Shown: piece after piece, positions 1-12,957 of the stretch
Numbering within the stretch: the first letter of the stretch is position 1
Layout of the letters: each line of letters starts with the position of its first letter
DNA from: Lama guanicoe
Taxonomy: Eukaryota
Direction: 5' to 3'
DNA: 64,000 nt
NCBI GenBank assembly: GCA_013239625.1
Contig: MU053482.1
Coordinates: forward strand, 2,519,168 to 2,583,167
The notes under the pieces: model-generated
Told to the model about the DNA's origin: nothing
Seen by the model: only the letters and a program-made list of their open reading frames with translations
The model's database searches: none
Position numbers and translations under genes: made by a program

Positions 1-275
1 TGAAAACAGAGATTCATTATACTACTCTTCTGTGTAAGTTTAAAGTTTTACATAAAAAAAGATTTTTCTAATAGATGTCTTAAAAATAAGTGAAATATGG
101 TGTTTGAAAAAATGAGTATGAAAAAAGCAATTCACAATAGTATAAACACAGAAATTACGATAAATGCATGTCAGATGATAAAGGAAGCAAGTGTTTCTAG
201 AATGATGGGCTCATCGCAAAGCCCTTCTCTCCCAAATCCTGTATCAGACCCAGAAGCACTAGCACCCAAGCTCTA

Positions 276-635
<360 letters not shown>

Positions 636-3600
636 TCAGAGAGATAAACCAGAGACCTCAGTGGACCACAAGTTGAAATATACCCCCCACACAGGTCCCT
701 GCTAGTAATAAAATTTAATATGGAAATATAATAGAAATCATAAATAACACTTTGCTCCAAATACTCAACCAGAATGTTAAGTAGATTCTCTTAAGTAGAA
801 GGGGGGTGGGGCAGGGAACTGGAACAAAAAGAAAAGGAACAGTGGCCTGGGTCTCTGTTCAGTATGAATGCCAAAATACCTCATTTACCGCACATACATC
901 TATGTTCTGTAAGGGGTTGATGTGAACTTGCCTTCAAGATCAAGCCCAAAGAACCACTGAGCATGCAGAAGGTGGTTTTCCACATTAGCAAGTCTGCCCT
1001 CCACCTGGCAACCTTTCCTGAGTGGGAATAGCATGAAAGTGTCATTTTAACACTTTGACAAAAAGCTTCCCTAAATTTGACTCAGAAGATTGACTTTCAT
1101 TATTCAAAACTCTTATTCTAGGTCAGAGATTATAGCTTGGAAGGAAAGTCTCGTGCTCAAAGTTTGGCTTTTCTTCAGAATGCAATTTCTAGACCTGTTT
1201 TATTTTTCATGTGAATAAAAGAAAAACACTGGTAAAGCCAATAAAATGGACTGATTAAAACTGAAATTTTAAAAATTACTATTCACAAAAGGTATGATGG
1301 TTTCAGGCACTTAAGGACAAAACAGGAACATAAATTTTAAAATCATATGAGCAAAATCTTCCTAGAATGGCTGGTTTTCAAATGAGTTTTCATAGGGTTT
1401 AAATGGTTTTATGTACTAAAAACCCAGGCCACCATTTACAAATCACAGCTTGGTTCATAAAGGAGTTATAAGTAACAAAAAGCTTTCCAGAAAATGAAGA
1501 ATGAGTAGAAAGTGAGCAGAAGCTGATTATGTATCAACTTGGTAGAGGTTTTAGCAAAGCATCCTACATTTGCTCACCAATAAAACTCTGGAGCCACTTA
1601 CCACCTTGCTCCTGGCTAAGCATGACCTGGAAATAGTTCTGCTTTTTTTAAACTAATAATGCAAATAAATAAAAATTAATGACTAAAACTTCATCATCTC
1701 AAACACTGAGTACACTAGAGGACAGTGCCTCATGCTTCTTTGGGGAAAACTAAGTCATTTGATAGATAAGTGATGTAAACAGTAGATAAAACTGATCACC
1801 AATAATAATTTTTAAAAAAATACAACTGATTAGCAGAAGGACAAAAGAGTACAGGCTTTTCATATTCACTAAAGATAAGAGACAGACTGATGAGAGTTCA
1901 AGGAGAGAGTCGATCTCATTTTTCATTATGCCCACGCAAAGCACTGTCATTCCCATGCTAAAAACTATTTGGTGAGGATCCTCTCCTCAGTGAAGCGACA
2001 ACAAGAATATTTCCCAAATTACAAAAAACAAAAAAACACTCTTTCAAGGATTAAATTAGATAATCTACATATCCTTCCAGGAAAAGTATTTAGTCCAACA
2101 TAAAAGCAAGCAACAACTAATTAACAAATTTAGACTACCGCAAATTCTATTTTCAGCTTCTTCTAAGGTATCTCATTTCCATGGGGCACCTGTACAACTG
2201 CTTGTTTATCTGCTCTCTGTTAAAATCTTCTTGCTCTATAATTGCTCTAACAATTATTATTAAAAATTCTAATGGTTCTCCAGATGAGATCTCAATTTTT
2301 TAATTTTTCATCTTTTTTCTAGATATGAATGTCTCTAAATAATCTACTAAGACCAATAATCTCAAACATCATAAGAATTTGCCTTAAAATTCAAAATTAA
2401 GATGAATCAAAAGAAAGTACAGGCATGGGAAAAAACTTTCAAGTGACATTTAAAGCTGATGGTCCAGTCTTAACTCTGTCCCAACACTGGCTCTTAAACA
2501 CATATTCTGAATAAATATACACTAAATAAATTCCTCCTTCCCTTTTGGTGTACGCACACGTATAGACACACACCATTTCTGGATTTGTTTTAAAAGGTAG
2601 GAAGCAGCAAGCACTTTTCAACCATGTGAAAACCAAAAAACCTCTTCTTCCTTTACCTGAAGTCAGTAAAGCAGGTACTACTCCTTTATGTGGCTGGGAT
2701 TCCTGACAGGTCTGCTCAGAGACAAGAATGTCTCATAGTGGGCAAACAGACACTCTGAGTAAAGGAGTCCCTGAAATGCCTTTGTCATGAGGTTTCCTGG
2801 GCACTGAACTACTTCTTGTAGTGAAAAGGAGTATCTACTCTCTAACCATAAAGTAGGGAGTGCTGGAGTATAAAGGATGGGGCTTCCTCTGCTCCATAAA
2901 AGCAGCTTTTTCAATGGCACAGACATCTAGTTCTGGTTTTTCCCTAATCTTCTTCAGGATGTACCTAATCTAGTATCTGCAACTCAGCCCACTTATTTCT
3001 GCTAGAGTGGGTAACTTTATTTGCCTCAGATTGAAATCCCTGAAGAATTCCCCATGATGGGCTTGAAACTATGAGATTCTTAGAAACAAAACATTTTGAG
3101 GGATGAGTAATAATCTACTCTTTCAAGGCTAAACAGCTTTCCATTTATGTAGTTTGCTTTTACAGATACTGGAAATTAGGAATTTTATGACCTTTCTGAG
3201 CTGAGCTGTAGATTTCTTTCCCCCTACATTTTTCTATTTTAAGAAAGCAACCACCCACCTTGAAGGATGGCCTAATAAACAATGCCTCAGGGATCTGTGG
3301 TACCTACTGTAGGATGCTGACCTCCAAGAGCTGTAAGCAACAGCACAAAACCCACTTCTATACACCAGTACAAATGATATAATCAGTACCTCCTCTGCCA
3401 TTGCCTGTCTCTGTGCTTATCATTCCAAGAGGATGAAACTAATAAACAGGAAGCAGCTGAAGGTCATTGGCATCCAAAAAATTTCATCCAATTGAAACCA
3501 ACTAGAAACACTTCAGCTCCAGGCAACTGCCTTGGTTTTCTCACAGCTCCCGTAATGTTGTAATGAGCAATTACTTTTAACAAAAGATGATAATGCAAAG

Positions 3601-4902
3601 CACATCAGGATTATAACTACCTCTAAGTGGTGAAGAGAGAGGAATCAGCACACTCTTATGATTTGTCCCTGTGCAGAGAAGACATTAGACCTGGGATCAC
3701 TTCACAGATAAGTCCACTCCTAAAACAAACTACAGGGCAGTTCCTGCACATTAGGAACTGAATCACGAACTGTCCTTACATACTCGCACTTCTGTGAAAC
3801 CTATATGAACACGGATGTTTCTCATGCAGTCTTTGTTCTTAGGAAACAGCCTAATCTATATATCCTGGTCTCCAAGGTGCACTATAAATGAAAGAAGGTA
3901 TAAAACAATGATTAGCATGCTCCCATTTGTGTTGTTTTTAGAAAGTATATATGCTGTATATGCATGTCTATGTCTGGAAGGACATAGGAAACAGTGGAGA
4001 GTCTTACACTTCACTATACCCTCTTTTGTAATATTTTAAATTTCTACCATATGACTAAAATGCTTTTTCCAAGTTTTACTTTAATATACCATACATATAT
4101 AAAAATGTATATAATTTAAAGAATATTATAATTGTGCAACACAACATAAAAAATAGTGCATTGTATAAAAAATATTTGGGAGGAGGGCATAAAAAAATCA
4201 AGAGTTACTTCACAGGGGTAGGATTCTAAGTCACTAAGAAAAAACATTCAACTCTTTCTGCATTGTTTGTCCACATGTTATTTGTTTTAAAAAACTATTA
4301 GTTTCATTAGGGATATACAAGAAACTTGTTCTCTGGCTACTACAGGAAGGAGAGAGGGAAGGAGATTTCATTTTATTCCCTTTGGAATTGTTTTGATTGC
4401 ATGCCTTGAGCTTGCTTTAAGTTTGCCATAAAAAACTAATGTATGCTTAACAAGAATCAGTTGCACTTGTTTCTAAACCTGTCTGCACTAGTTGGACATA
4501 TTATTGGATTATATAACTTAACTAAATACTATGTAAATAAATGGTAAGCTATGAGGGCAAAAGAAAGAATTATTTATCTGAAAACAAAATTAAATGCTTT
4601 CAAAAGACTCACTAATACAAAGTCATTAAAAAAATAATGTAATTCAATTAGGCATATCAATTAAGTACAAAAAATTAAGGAAAACTGCAAAAAATCTACA
4701 GGTAATCTCTACTATGGTTCTTCTGCAAGAACCTTTAAAAGTTCTTGCTCTACTTGAAAAAGTATCTGGAAACCTTAGTGAATGAATTATAGGTGTGATT
4801 TATGGAACAAAAACAATACAGACACCTGATTAGTGAAGCCATAATCAAAGGACATGCCTAGACCCTTCAACAAAAGATTGATGATTATACAGGCATATGG
4901 GG

Positions 4903-5002
4903 TTTTTTTTTTCCCTTTAAATGGGAGGTACAGGGGATTGAACCCAGGACCCCATGCACGCTAAGCCCGCACTCTACCACTGAGCTATACCCTCCTCCCC
5001 CC
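4903..5002 (-). mobile_element. tRNA-Ala-derived SINE (Vic-1-like), short-tail form
   Basis: Head with A and B boxes, A tail, and 13-bp TSD atacag(g/t)catatg at 4887-4899 and 5003-5015. Confidence 0.9.
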
Positions 5003-5923
5003 ATACAGTCATATGTTTTAAGTTAAAATGTCTAATGGATATATGTATCATGTTTAGGATTCCCAGACTTAAATGACTTTTTCAATTATCCAGTCCACTA
5101 CTTTACTAAATCACATCAGATAAAGAACTTCTGCTCTCTATATAATTTTAAAACAACTAAAAAATATGCTATTAAAAAAAACTGTCTCTATATGAACCAA
5201 AGAACAAATATTATCCAGTAGTAAATAAAATGACCTACACAAATATTTTAAAAAAACACTGCTTAAAACTGCCAGTTCAGTCATCCAAAGGGTTATACTT
5301 TGAGAGTCCTACAATTTGGCCTGCATTCCTTTTCCCTAAATAAGACCTCTTCTGTTCAGAAGGCAGGACATGCAGTGAGCTACACCAACTCTGAGTACTG
5401 ATGGCCAGGGAGATTTTCATCCACTTAAGTCCTTCAAATCATAAATAATAACTACTTCAAAAAAAACCAAACTGAATTGTCTACAGTATTCTATAATGAC
5501 AGACAGCATAACCTACATCCAACAGAAGAAAATCCACTCCATTTTGGCTTTCAGCCATGCTCAGCAATGCCCAGGAAATTTTCAGAAAAAGCTTTTTCTT
5601 AATCTTGCTAACCATGACTGTAGGTCCTGAGTTCAATTTGATTCTGTACACAAATCTTCTCAATTGCCTTCAACCCTCTTAAAATATTCATATTATGAAA
5701 ACAATAACCTGTATTCCAGGAAATATAAGGAGAGCTGATGGAAAAGCATTACCTATCATATTTCTGGTTTTAATCCACCTTTTCTCACAGCTGAACATCC
5801 CCACTACATCACAGGTACCTAAATGCCACTGCACCTTCTAATACTCTATCTGGTTTGGTCTCCTCCTCTGTCCTGGTCTAAACCAGACAGTCTTCACTAT
5901 TCAACTAAGTCTCTGGTTCAAAG

Positions 5924-6147
5924 TACAGTTGAACAATGGGGGGTTAGGATCACAGGCCACTCACGCAGTTGAAAATGAGCGTATTACTTTACAGGCGGCC
6001 CTCTGTATCCATGGTTCCACATTCATGGTTTCCACCAACTATCCAACTATGGATTGTTTACTCCTGTAATACATATTTATTGAAAAAAAAAAAGCAAATA
6101 AGTGAACCTGTGCAGTTCAAACCCTTGTTGTTCAAGGGTCAAATGCA
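5924..6147. mobile_element. Non-autonomous Tigger2/MER8-like DNA transposon
   Basis: Termini cagttgaacaatggggg... and ...gttgttcaagggtcaa resemble Tigger2 TIRs. Confidence 0.7.
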
Positions 6148-6759
6148 CTTTTGTCCACTTCCAGTCAAGTAACAGTAACTAAAAAAGCAACACAACTTGG
6201 ACAAGTCTATGTTTCACCCAGAGACAGGAGTCTGAAAATCCATTACTTTAAACAAGTTGCAAAGTAAAGCCTCAGGAACCACATTCCAGACAATAGATGC
6301 ATTTTGTTTGGCCTGCAGTGTTTAATAAGAACGTTGTTACCAACGTTTAAAAATAAGAATTTTGACATAAAAAATCTGAGTCCTCATGAAAAACTGGAAG
6401 ATCTAGTAACATTAGGCCAGCATTTCACAAGGAATTAATTAGAGCTAATCAGCAGCTGTCTACCTTAGATGGGGTATATGCTCTTCATTTCAACACAGTC
6501 TCCATTACTTCACCTTCAAACCAAATCCAGAATCTAACTATTTCATACCACTTTGCTGTTACCTCCTTAGTCAGAGACAACATAATCTTTCACTTAGATC
6601 ATTACAATGGCCTCCCAACTGGATTCTGCTTTTCTCCATTCCCCACTTGGGAATAACTTCTTAATACAGCAGCTTCTGTTCTTGTTATAAGCATATGTAA
6701 TTCATTCATTCAACAAATGTTTATTCAGACTTCGTTGTTATTCAGACTTTGCCCATGGA

Positions 6760-8290
6760 CCAAATGTGGGACAATTTGAGCATTAAAATAATTAATTACA
6801 GTAATGTACTATATAACCTACTGAATGAAATAAAAATCTACAAGTCCATAGAATAACAAACAACATGGGAGAATGAAATGTTCTTCCTCATAGTAGAATG
6901 CCAATTAATAAATATAGATGGAGTTACAAAATCAGCATTTTGCAATCATGATACTAACTGATTCAGACTAGAATCATCAATGGATGTTAAAGCTATTAGG
7001 CAAAACTTAGAAGAGGAACAGTGTATTTACAGAGTTTCAAAGTATTCCCCCACAAATTATTAATTGCAAAGGGAAAAATGGTAACTTTCCAGTTAAGAAA
7101 CTCAGTAGACATCAACTTACCCAAGTGATCAAATTAACATTACTAAAAATGGGGCAAATGAACATCATGTGCCTCCTATGATGATAAAAGTAGACATTAT
7201 GTGCCTATTGATACAATGCACTAAGAGAACAACATCACTTGTGTGATATTACAGTCAAAAATTTATAACCTGAATCTATCCATGAGAAAACATCAGACAA
7301 ACCGAAATTGAGAAACATTTTACAAAATATCTTGCCAGTAGTCTTCAGAAGTGTCATTCATGAAAGACATGAGGAACTGACAACTAAAAGCAATGTATGT
7401 TACTGGACTAGATCCTGGACCAGGAATTTTTAAAAAATTATTATTCACTTACGTGTGGAATCTAAAAAATAAAACAAACTAGTGATTATAACAAAAAAGA
7501 AACAGACTCACAGATATACAGAACAAACTAGTGGTTACCAGTAGGGTGAGGAACGTGGGGAGGGGCAAAATTGGGGTAGTGGTTTAAGAGGTAAAAACTA
7601 CTATGTGTAAGATAAATAAGCTACAGGAATATATTATACAACATGGGGAATATAGACAATATTTTATAATAACTATAAATGGAATATAACCTTTAAAAAT
7701 TGTTAATCACTTGGGGGGAGGGTATAGCTTAGTGGTGAAGTGCATGCCTAGCATGCACAAGGTCCTGGGTTCAATTCATAGTACCTCTGTTTAAAAAAAT
7801 AAACTAATAAACCTAAAATTGCCTCTCCCATTAAAAAAAATTTTTTTAAAGAAAAACAAAACAAAACAAATTGTGAATCACTATATTCTACACCTGAAAC
7901 TTAATATAATATCGTATATCAACTATACTTCAATTTTTAAAAATTATAATAGACATTATTGGACAATAGTGAAACCTGAGTACAGTATTGTTATTTTATC
8001 CATATTAAATTTCCTAAATTTATTAATCATACTATGGTTATATAAGAAAATGTCTTTGTTCTAATGAAATAAAAGCTGAAGCATTTAGGAGTCAAGGAAC
8101 ATGGAGTGGTGATGACTCTCAATTGTTCAGTTACGTTCACACACATTCAGAGATAGAGAGGGAATGACAAAACAAATGAGGCCAAATGTTAACAATTGGT
8201 GAACTGTGGGAGTGTACAAGACTTCTCTGAACACTTCTTGCAACTCTTTCATAAGCTGGGAATTATTTCAAAACAAAAAGTTAAAAATCT
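6760..8290 (+). mobile_element. Old L1 (L1MC-like) 3' region interrupted by a younger L1 3' end (~7440-7945), itself containing a SINE
   Basis: L1MC-type 3'UTR motifs on both sides; inner L1 3'UTR (tgtggaatctaaaaa...actatacttcaattt). Confidence 0.75.
7712..7867 (+). mobile_element. tRNA-Ala-derived SINE inserted in an L1 3' end
   Basis: GGGGAGGGTATAGCT...GGTTCAAT head, bipartite tail, and 15-bp TSD aaattgt(t/g)aatcact at 7697-7711 and 7868-7882. Confidence 0.92.
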
Positions 8291-8299
8291 TAAAACCTC

Positions 8300-8815
8300 C
8301 AACGACTAAGCATCTTGGAGTAACAAAGTCTTTACAATGGCCTACAGGACTCTACAATTTGGCCTCCGTTAAGTCTCTCACACCAACTGCTACTATATTC
8401 CTGCTCTCTCACTCCATTACATCCACCCAGCTTCCTCACTGTTCTTGAACATACCAAGTACATTCTTGTCTCAGAACATTTCTACTTCCTGCGCCTCTGC
8501 CTGAAATACTTTTCCTACAGACATGAACATGGGTCACTCAGAGAGACCCAACCTAATCACTCTTATAAAATTGGAACTTCCCTTCCCCAACACTATCCTC
8601 TTCCCTGTCTTACTTTTCTTCACAGATCTTATTACCACCTTACATAGTACATATTTTATTTATTTACTTAATCACCTGTCTTTTCCCATGAAAATGTAAG
8701 TTCTATTACAGTACGGATTTTCATCTCTTTTGTCCATCACCAAATCTCTAGCCCCTGGAATAATGTTATTTAGCACACAGCAGGCTCTTAATAAATATGT
8801 ACTGAATGAATGAAT
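8300..8815 (+). mobile_element. LINE-2 3' fragment
   Basis: Ends ...ataaatatgtactgaatgaatgaat, the L2 3' terminus. Confidence 0.7.
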
Positions 8816-9376
8816 TTTATGTTACTTATCTGGCTCATTTAACAAACATTTGTTTCCCTCTGCTCTAATTTAATCTGTCCAAATCCACTGCTCACATTCA
8901 CTTAACCTCTCATTTATAAAAACAATTCAATTACAACAAACAAACAACAGAAAAAGCAACACATCCTCATTTTCTCAAACTTTTTTTTTTCAAATATATG
9001 AAGGATCATCGTTATTGTCAGGCTGAGGAAGGGGCAGAAGTCACTCTGCAGAATGACAGAACAGAACTGACAATAAGTCAGTTACCCAAGATCATCAACT
9101 CTTGCCTCTTCTCTTCAGCATCAATCAGAAGAGACATCAGGTGGCAGAGTTCCCCTCCCAGACTGAAGGGTCCAGGAAAAGGCCATGATGATGGCCAATT
9201 AGAAACAATAGATCTCTCATGTTCCATCAGTTTGCCATCAAGCATTTACCTGCAAAAGATCTGGGTTTTGCTCAAACTGTAACAGCCCTTGGCCTTTACA
9301 GTCAGCCCCACTGTGTCTGATATGGAAAGAAGAGCGGCCCTATGTAGGGAGAAAGCTCTAGTAAGCACTGACTTAC

Positions 9377-10034
9377 ACTGTGAGTAGAGCAGGATTTGAA
9401 ACTCCAGAAGGGCACAAGTAAAAAGTTGAAACACATTCTCCACCCCAAGCAGTTCAAAGACCTCTTTGACAGGGAAGTCGAATAGGGGAAGCTCATTGGT
9501 GCTTGGTCTCTGGCAGATTATTGGCCCATAGACCCCAGAAAATTTCAAGGACCGGCCGGGAGGTGGGAGTGGCACCTCATACAGTACGTTGTATATGTAG
9601 CTCTCAAGGGGCAGTGGAGGAGGCTGAGGTGAAGTGACTGCCTGGTGAAGTTGTTCCAGCACACTCCGACATGCCTTCATGAAGGACATGGGTGTGATGA
9701 GGCAGATGCACTTAGAGACATAGAGCGTATCCCGGCTAATGTCGTAGGAGTTGAAGCGCTGCAGCTTGGTCCCAGGAGTGCCTTCACCAACCTCCATGCC
9801 ACTGTGGTCTCGGCCATCAGCAGGGGGAGCATGGAGGACATCATACTCAGCATTATGCATGTGATAGAGGGTCTGCATTGCACTGCAGATCTGCTTGCTA
9901 GTCACCTCCTCATAAAATGTGAGGGCAAACCCAAATGTCCGAGAGCCATCCTCCCTTGTGATAATAAAGGCATGGAACTGAGGCTCCCTGGGATCAGCCT
10001 GGGTCTTGAATGCCAGCCCCTTGGGCATGCACAG
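9377..10034 (-). CDS. DENND5A: DENND5A exon 4 (658 nt; LCMPKGLAF...FQILLYSQ; uDENN/cDENN)
   Basis: Lies within ORF 9246..10058. Acceptor ttttgcag|CTG and donor CAGT|GTAAGT. Contains DENN motifs [13 protein letters not shown] and [10 protein letters not shown]. Confidence 0.98.
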
Positions 10035-11034
10035 CTGCAAAAGACAACAAGGAAACAACTGATGAGAACACTCACTGCTGATCCTCTTTTCAGAACACCA
10101 ACACTATTTGTTTACTTACAGAGCACCTCCTGTGCTGGGTGTTTGTGATACCAAGACCAACACAGCAAAATATCTGCCCTAAAGACCTCCCATTCTAAGA
10201 CAAACAAGTAACTAAAATTATAATGCAGTTATCAAGGCTATACAGAGGTACATAAAATGTGCTAGATGAACACAGAACAAACAATCCAACCCGGGAACAT
10301 CAGAAAAGGCTTCATAGATGAGCTTATGCTAGAATTCATCAGGTAGACAGGAGAAAGAAGGGTATATCAGGGGCACAAAGACAATGCACAAAGATAAAGA
10401 GGTAAAAGAAAGCTTGTAGAATTTAGGTTGGTGGTTAAGCATGACAGCATGTATTAAGAGATGATGCTAGAAATACATCTAAATCCAGATAGATGCAACT
10501 TCGTGCCTAAAAATAAACAGTTTTAGACTCTTATCAGCTCACAAGATTCTGTCATCAATAAAACCTTCTCTTTTCATAGGAAAAAAAAGGTGCTCATTTC
10601 ATATAAAGCAAGGAGATGACATAATCGGGATAAAGATGAACTTTTTCACTTTAACTCAGATGGGTTATATAAAGAAACTTGGATAGCTAATCAAACTGAC
10701 CTGAATCAATCAGTCCCATTTTCCACTTTTATACAAACCTGGCTATACAAATGAACTACCAGGAGTGTGGGTTAACAAATACAAGGAGCTACATTATGGC
10801 ACATTCATTAGCCTTGAACTTGATTTCTCAAAGCCTAGGTGCTTCTAGAATGCAGCATGTTAAAAGGAAATAAGAACTGGACTAGGAGTCAAAAAACTTC
10901 AGGTTCCCTAAGACTCAGTTTCCTCTCCTGTGAAATGACAATGATATAGTTTACTCTGCCTGCTTCACAGGGTTATTGCATGCAACAAACAAGATCATCC
11001 TCAAAAAGCTATTAAAAAGTAACAGAGGCAATAC

Positions 11035-11295
11035 AAAGACGTAGTTAAGAGCAGAGTTCTGGAACCAGACTATGGTGTTTAAACTCATTCAATTGCTCCT
11101 TAGCCATATGACCTTGAACACATGACTTAATCTCTTTGGAACTTAGTTTCCTCATCTGTAAAATATGTGTCTGGGTCTGTGTGTGTTTATTTAATATTAT
11201 CGACATAAGGGGTATTGTGAGAATTAAATGAATTAGTTCAGTAAAATATGTACCACAGTGCCTAGCACAAGGTGAATACTCAATAAAAGTTAGCT
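11035..11295 (+). mobile_element. MIR SINE (other MIR relics at ~10870-11000, 27880-28090, 38080-38290, 39270-39400)
   Basis: Core cttagtttcctcatctgtaaaat...gtgcctagcaca...caataaa. Confidence 0.75.
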
Positions 11296-11719
11296 AATTC
11301 AAAGTAGCATTCTACATGAGATTTAAAATGCTGTCCTAACTAAAACTATAACAAAACAAAATACCCATTTCTGCCATATTACTCATACATATACAATTCG
11401 GATTAAGAGAAAAACTGCTTTAAACTTTACACATCATGCAATACCAATGCTATAAGCAACCAATATCTCAGTTTCACACAAAAAAGTGCACTAACTCAAT
11501 ATTATGTATTTGCCTGATACAGCAGAAACACACTGTGACTTTTGGTATATTTGCTATATTCTGAATATCTAATATATTGATCAAAATGCAGAATCATGAA
11601 CAATATGCATACAATCCCATCTTCAAAAGTTACTGATACTTGATGGAACCACTGCTACATAATCTAAATTCACGATCCTACTATAAATTACTCTGTAAAT
11701 TCTTTTACACTTGTAGCTA

Positions 11720-11896
<177 letters not shown>

Positions 11897-12612
11897 TTAT
11901 GAATGTCTGAGCTTGGTAGTCCAGCAAGGTACAGAAATGAAGGCAAAAGAGTTAGTACGCCAAGCATCTAAGAACAGGAAAGGTATTATGGTTATTAGAT
12001 CCATAAAGAAGCTGGAAAAGTTTAGCATGGTTAATATTGGACACCACTAGCTATCTTTGCTTTTCTTTAATATTATTACCATAAACCCAATGGTTAATCT
12101 TCCTGGGAGAAGAGGGAGAAAGCATAAGAAAGGATAAAGAATTATATCCATTTTTTTTTCCTAAAAACCACATTTAGGTTCCCTAAAGTCAACTGATAAC
12201 ATCATAGAAGCATAAATTATTTTGAATTCAGAATAAAGTATGCATTTCTAAACTTTCTGAAAAAAATACAAAGGGACTTAAAAATTCAAGAACATTAAGT
12301 AGCAGATTTCAGAGTAAATCTAATGAGCTGTTTTGTGAATTCAGAATAACTTGAAATTTCTGAAATTCTCCTTTGACTCCCCCTTCCCACTCCTAAAAAC
12401 ATTAGCGTATACTGAAATAAGAGCAATGAAGTGAAAAGAGGAAGAACCAAAGAACCCACCACCTAGAAGGATACAAATGTGAAAAATCTACTGGTCAAAA
12501 AAGGCATATAAGAAAGTTAGAAAGTCAAAGGGTACAAAATGCCACTAGAGAAGACTTATGTAAGAGCCACAAGAAAGCTTTGGATGTTTTCTCAATTTTG
12601 TTTTGTTTTTAC

Positions 12613-12684
12613 CTTCAGTCGTACTTGAAATGAAAGGGCTGGCACCATCCCTGGCTTTAGAAGCCTGTATGTACTGGCATAATG
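12613..12684 (-). CDS. DENND5A: DENND5A exon 2 (72 nt, phase 1-1; [24 protein letters not shown])
   Basis: Acceptor atatag|CA and donor AAG|GTAAAA. Keeps frame between exons 1 and 3; peptide recognised from DENND5A. Not in the ORF track. Confidence 0.93.
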
Positions 12685-12823
12685 CTATATGATAAATGAA
12701 ATAACATAGTATTACAATAAAGCAGTGTTATTCAAACTTTTCTGACCATGACTCCAGTGTGAAATAAATTTTACATCATGAAGCAACAAACACACACGTG
12801 ATACAGTATATACAAATTTACCT

Positions 12824-12957
12824 GGGGGGAGGTTATAGCTCAGTGGTAGAGTGCATGCTTAGCATGCATGAGGTCCTGGGTTCATTCCCCAATACCTCTA
12901 TCAAACAAACAAACAAATCTAATTACCCACCCCAAATCAAACAATAAATAAATAAAT
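12824..12957 (+). mobile_element. tRNA-Ala-derived SINE
   Basis: Near-consensus head and TSD aaatttacct at 12814-12823 and 12958-12967. Confidence 0.93.

Noticed and set aside
9817..9830. Exonic CTCF-like motif TCAGCAGGGGGAGC
   Set aside because: Mismatch at a core position, and the sequence is explained by Ala-Pro-Pro-Ala codons.
9645..10148. 167-aa + strand ORF
   Set aside because: Antisense shadow of DENND5A exon 4 with no independent gene signals.
12824..12900. tRNA-Ala gene (also at 55221, 50212, 46930 and others)
   Set aside because: A-rich tails, TSDs, CpG decay, broken stems and no oligo-T terminator show these are SINE copies.
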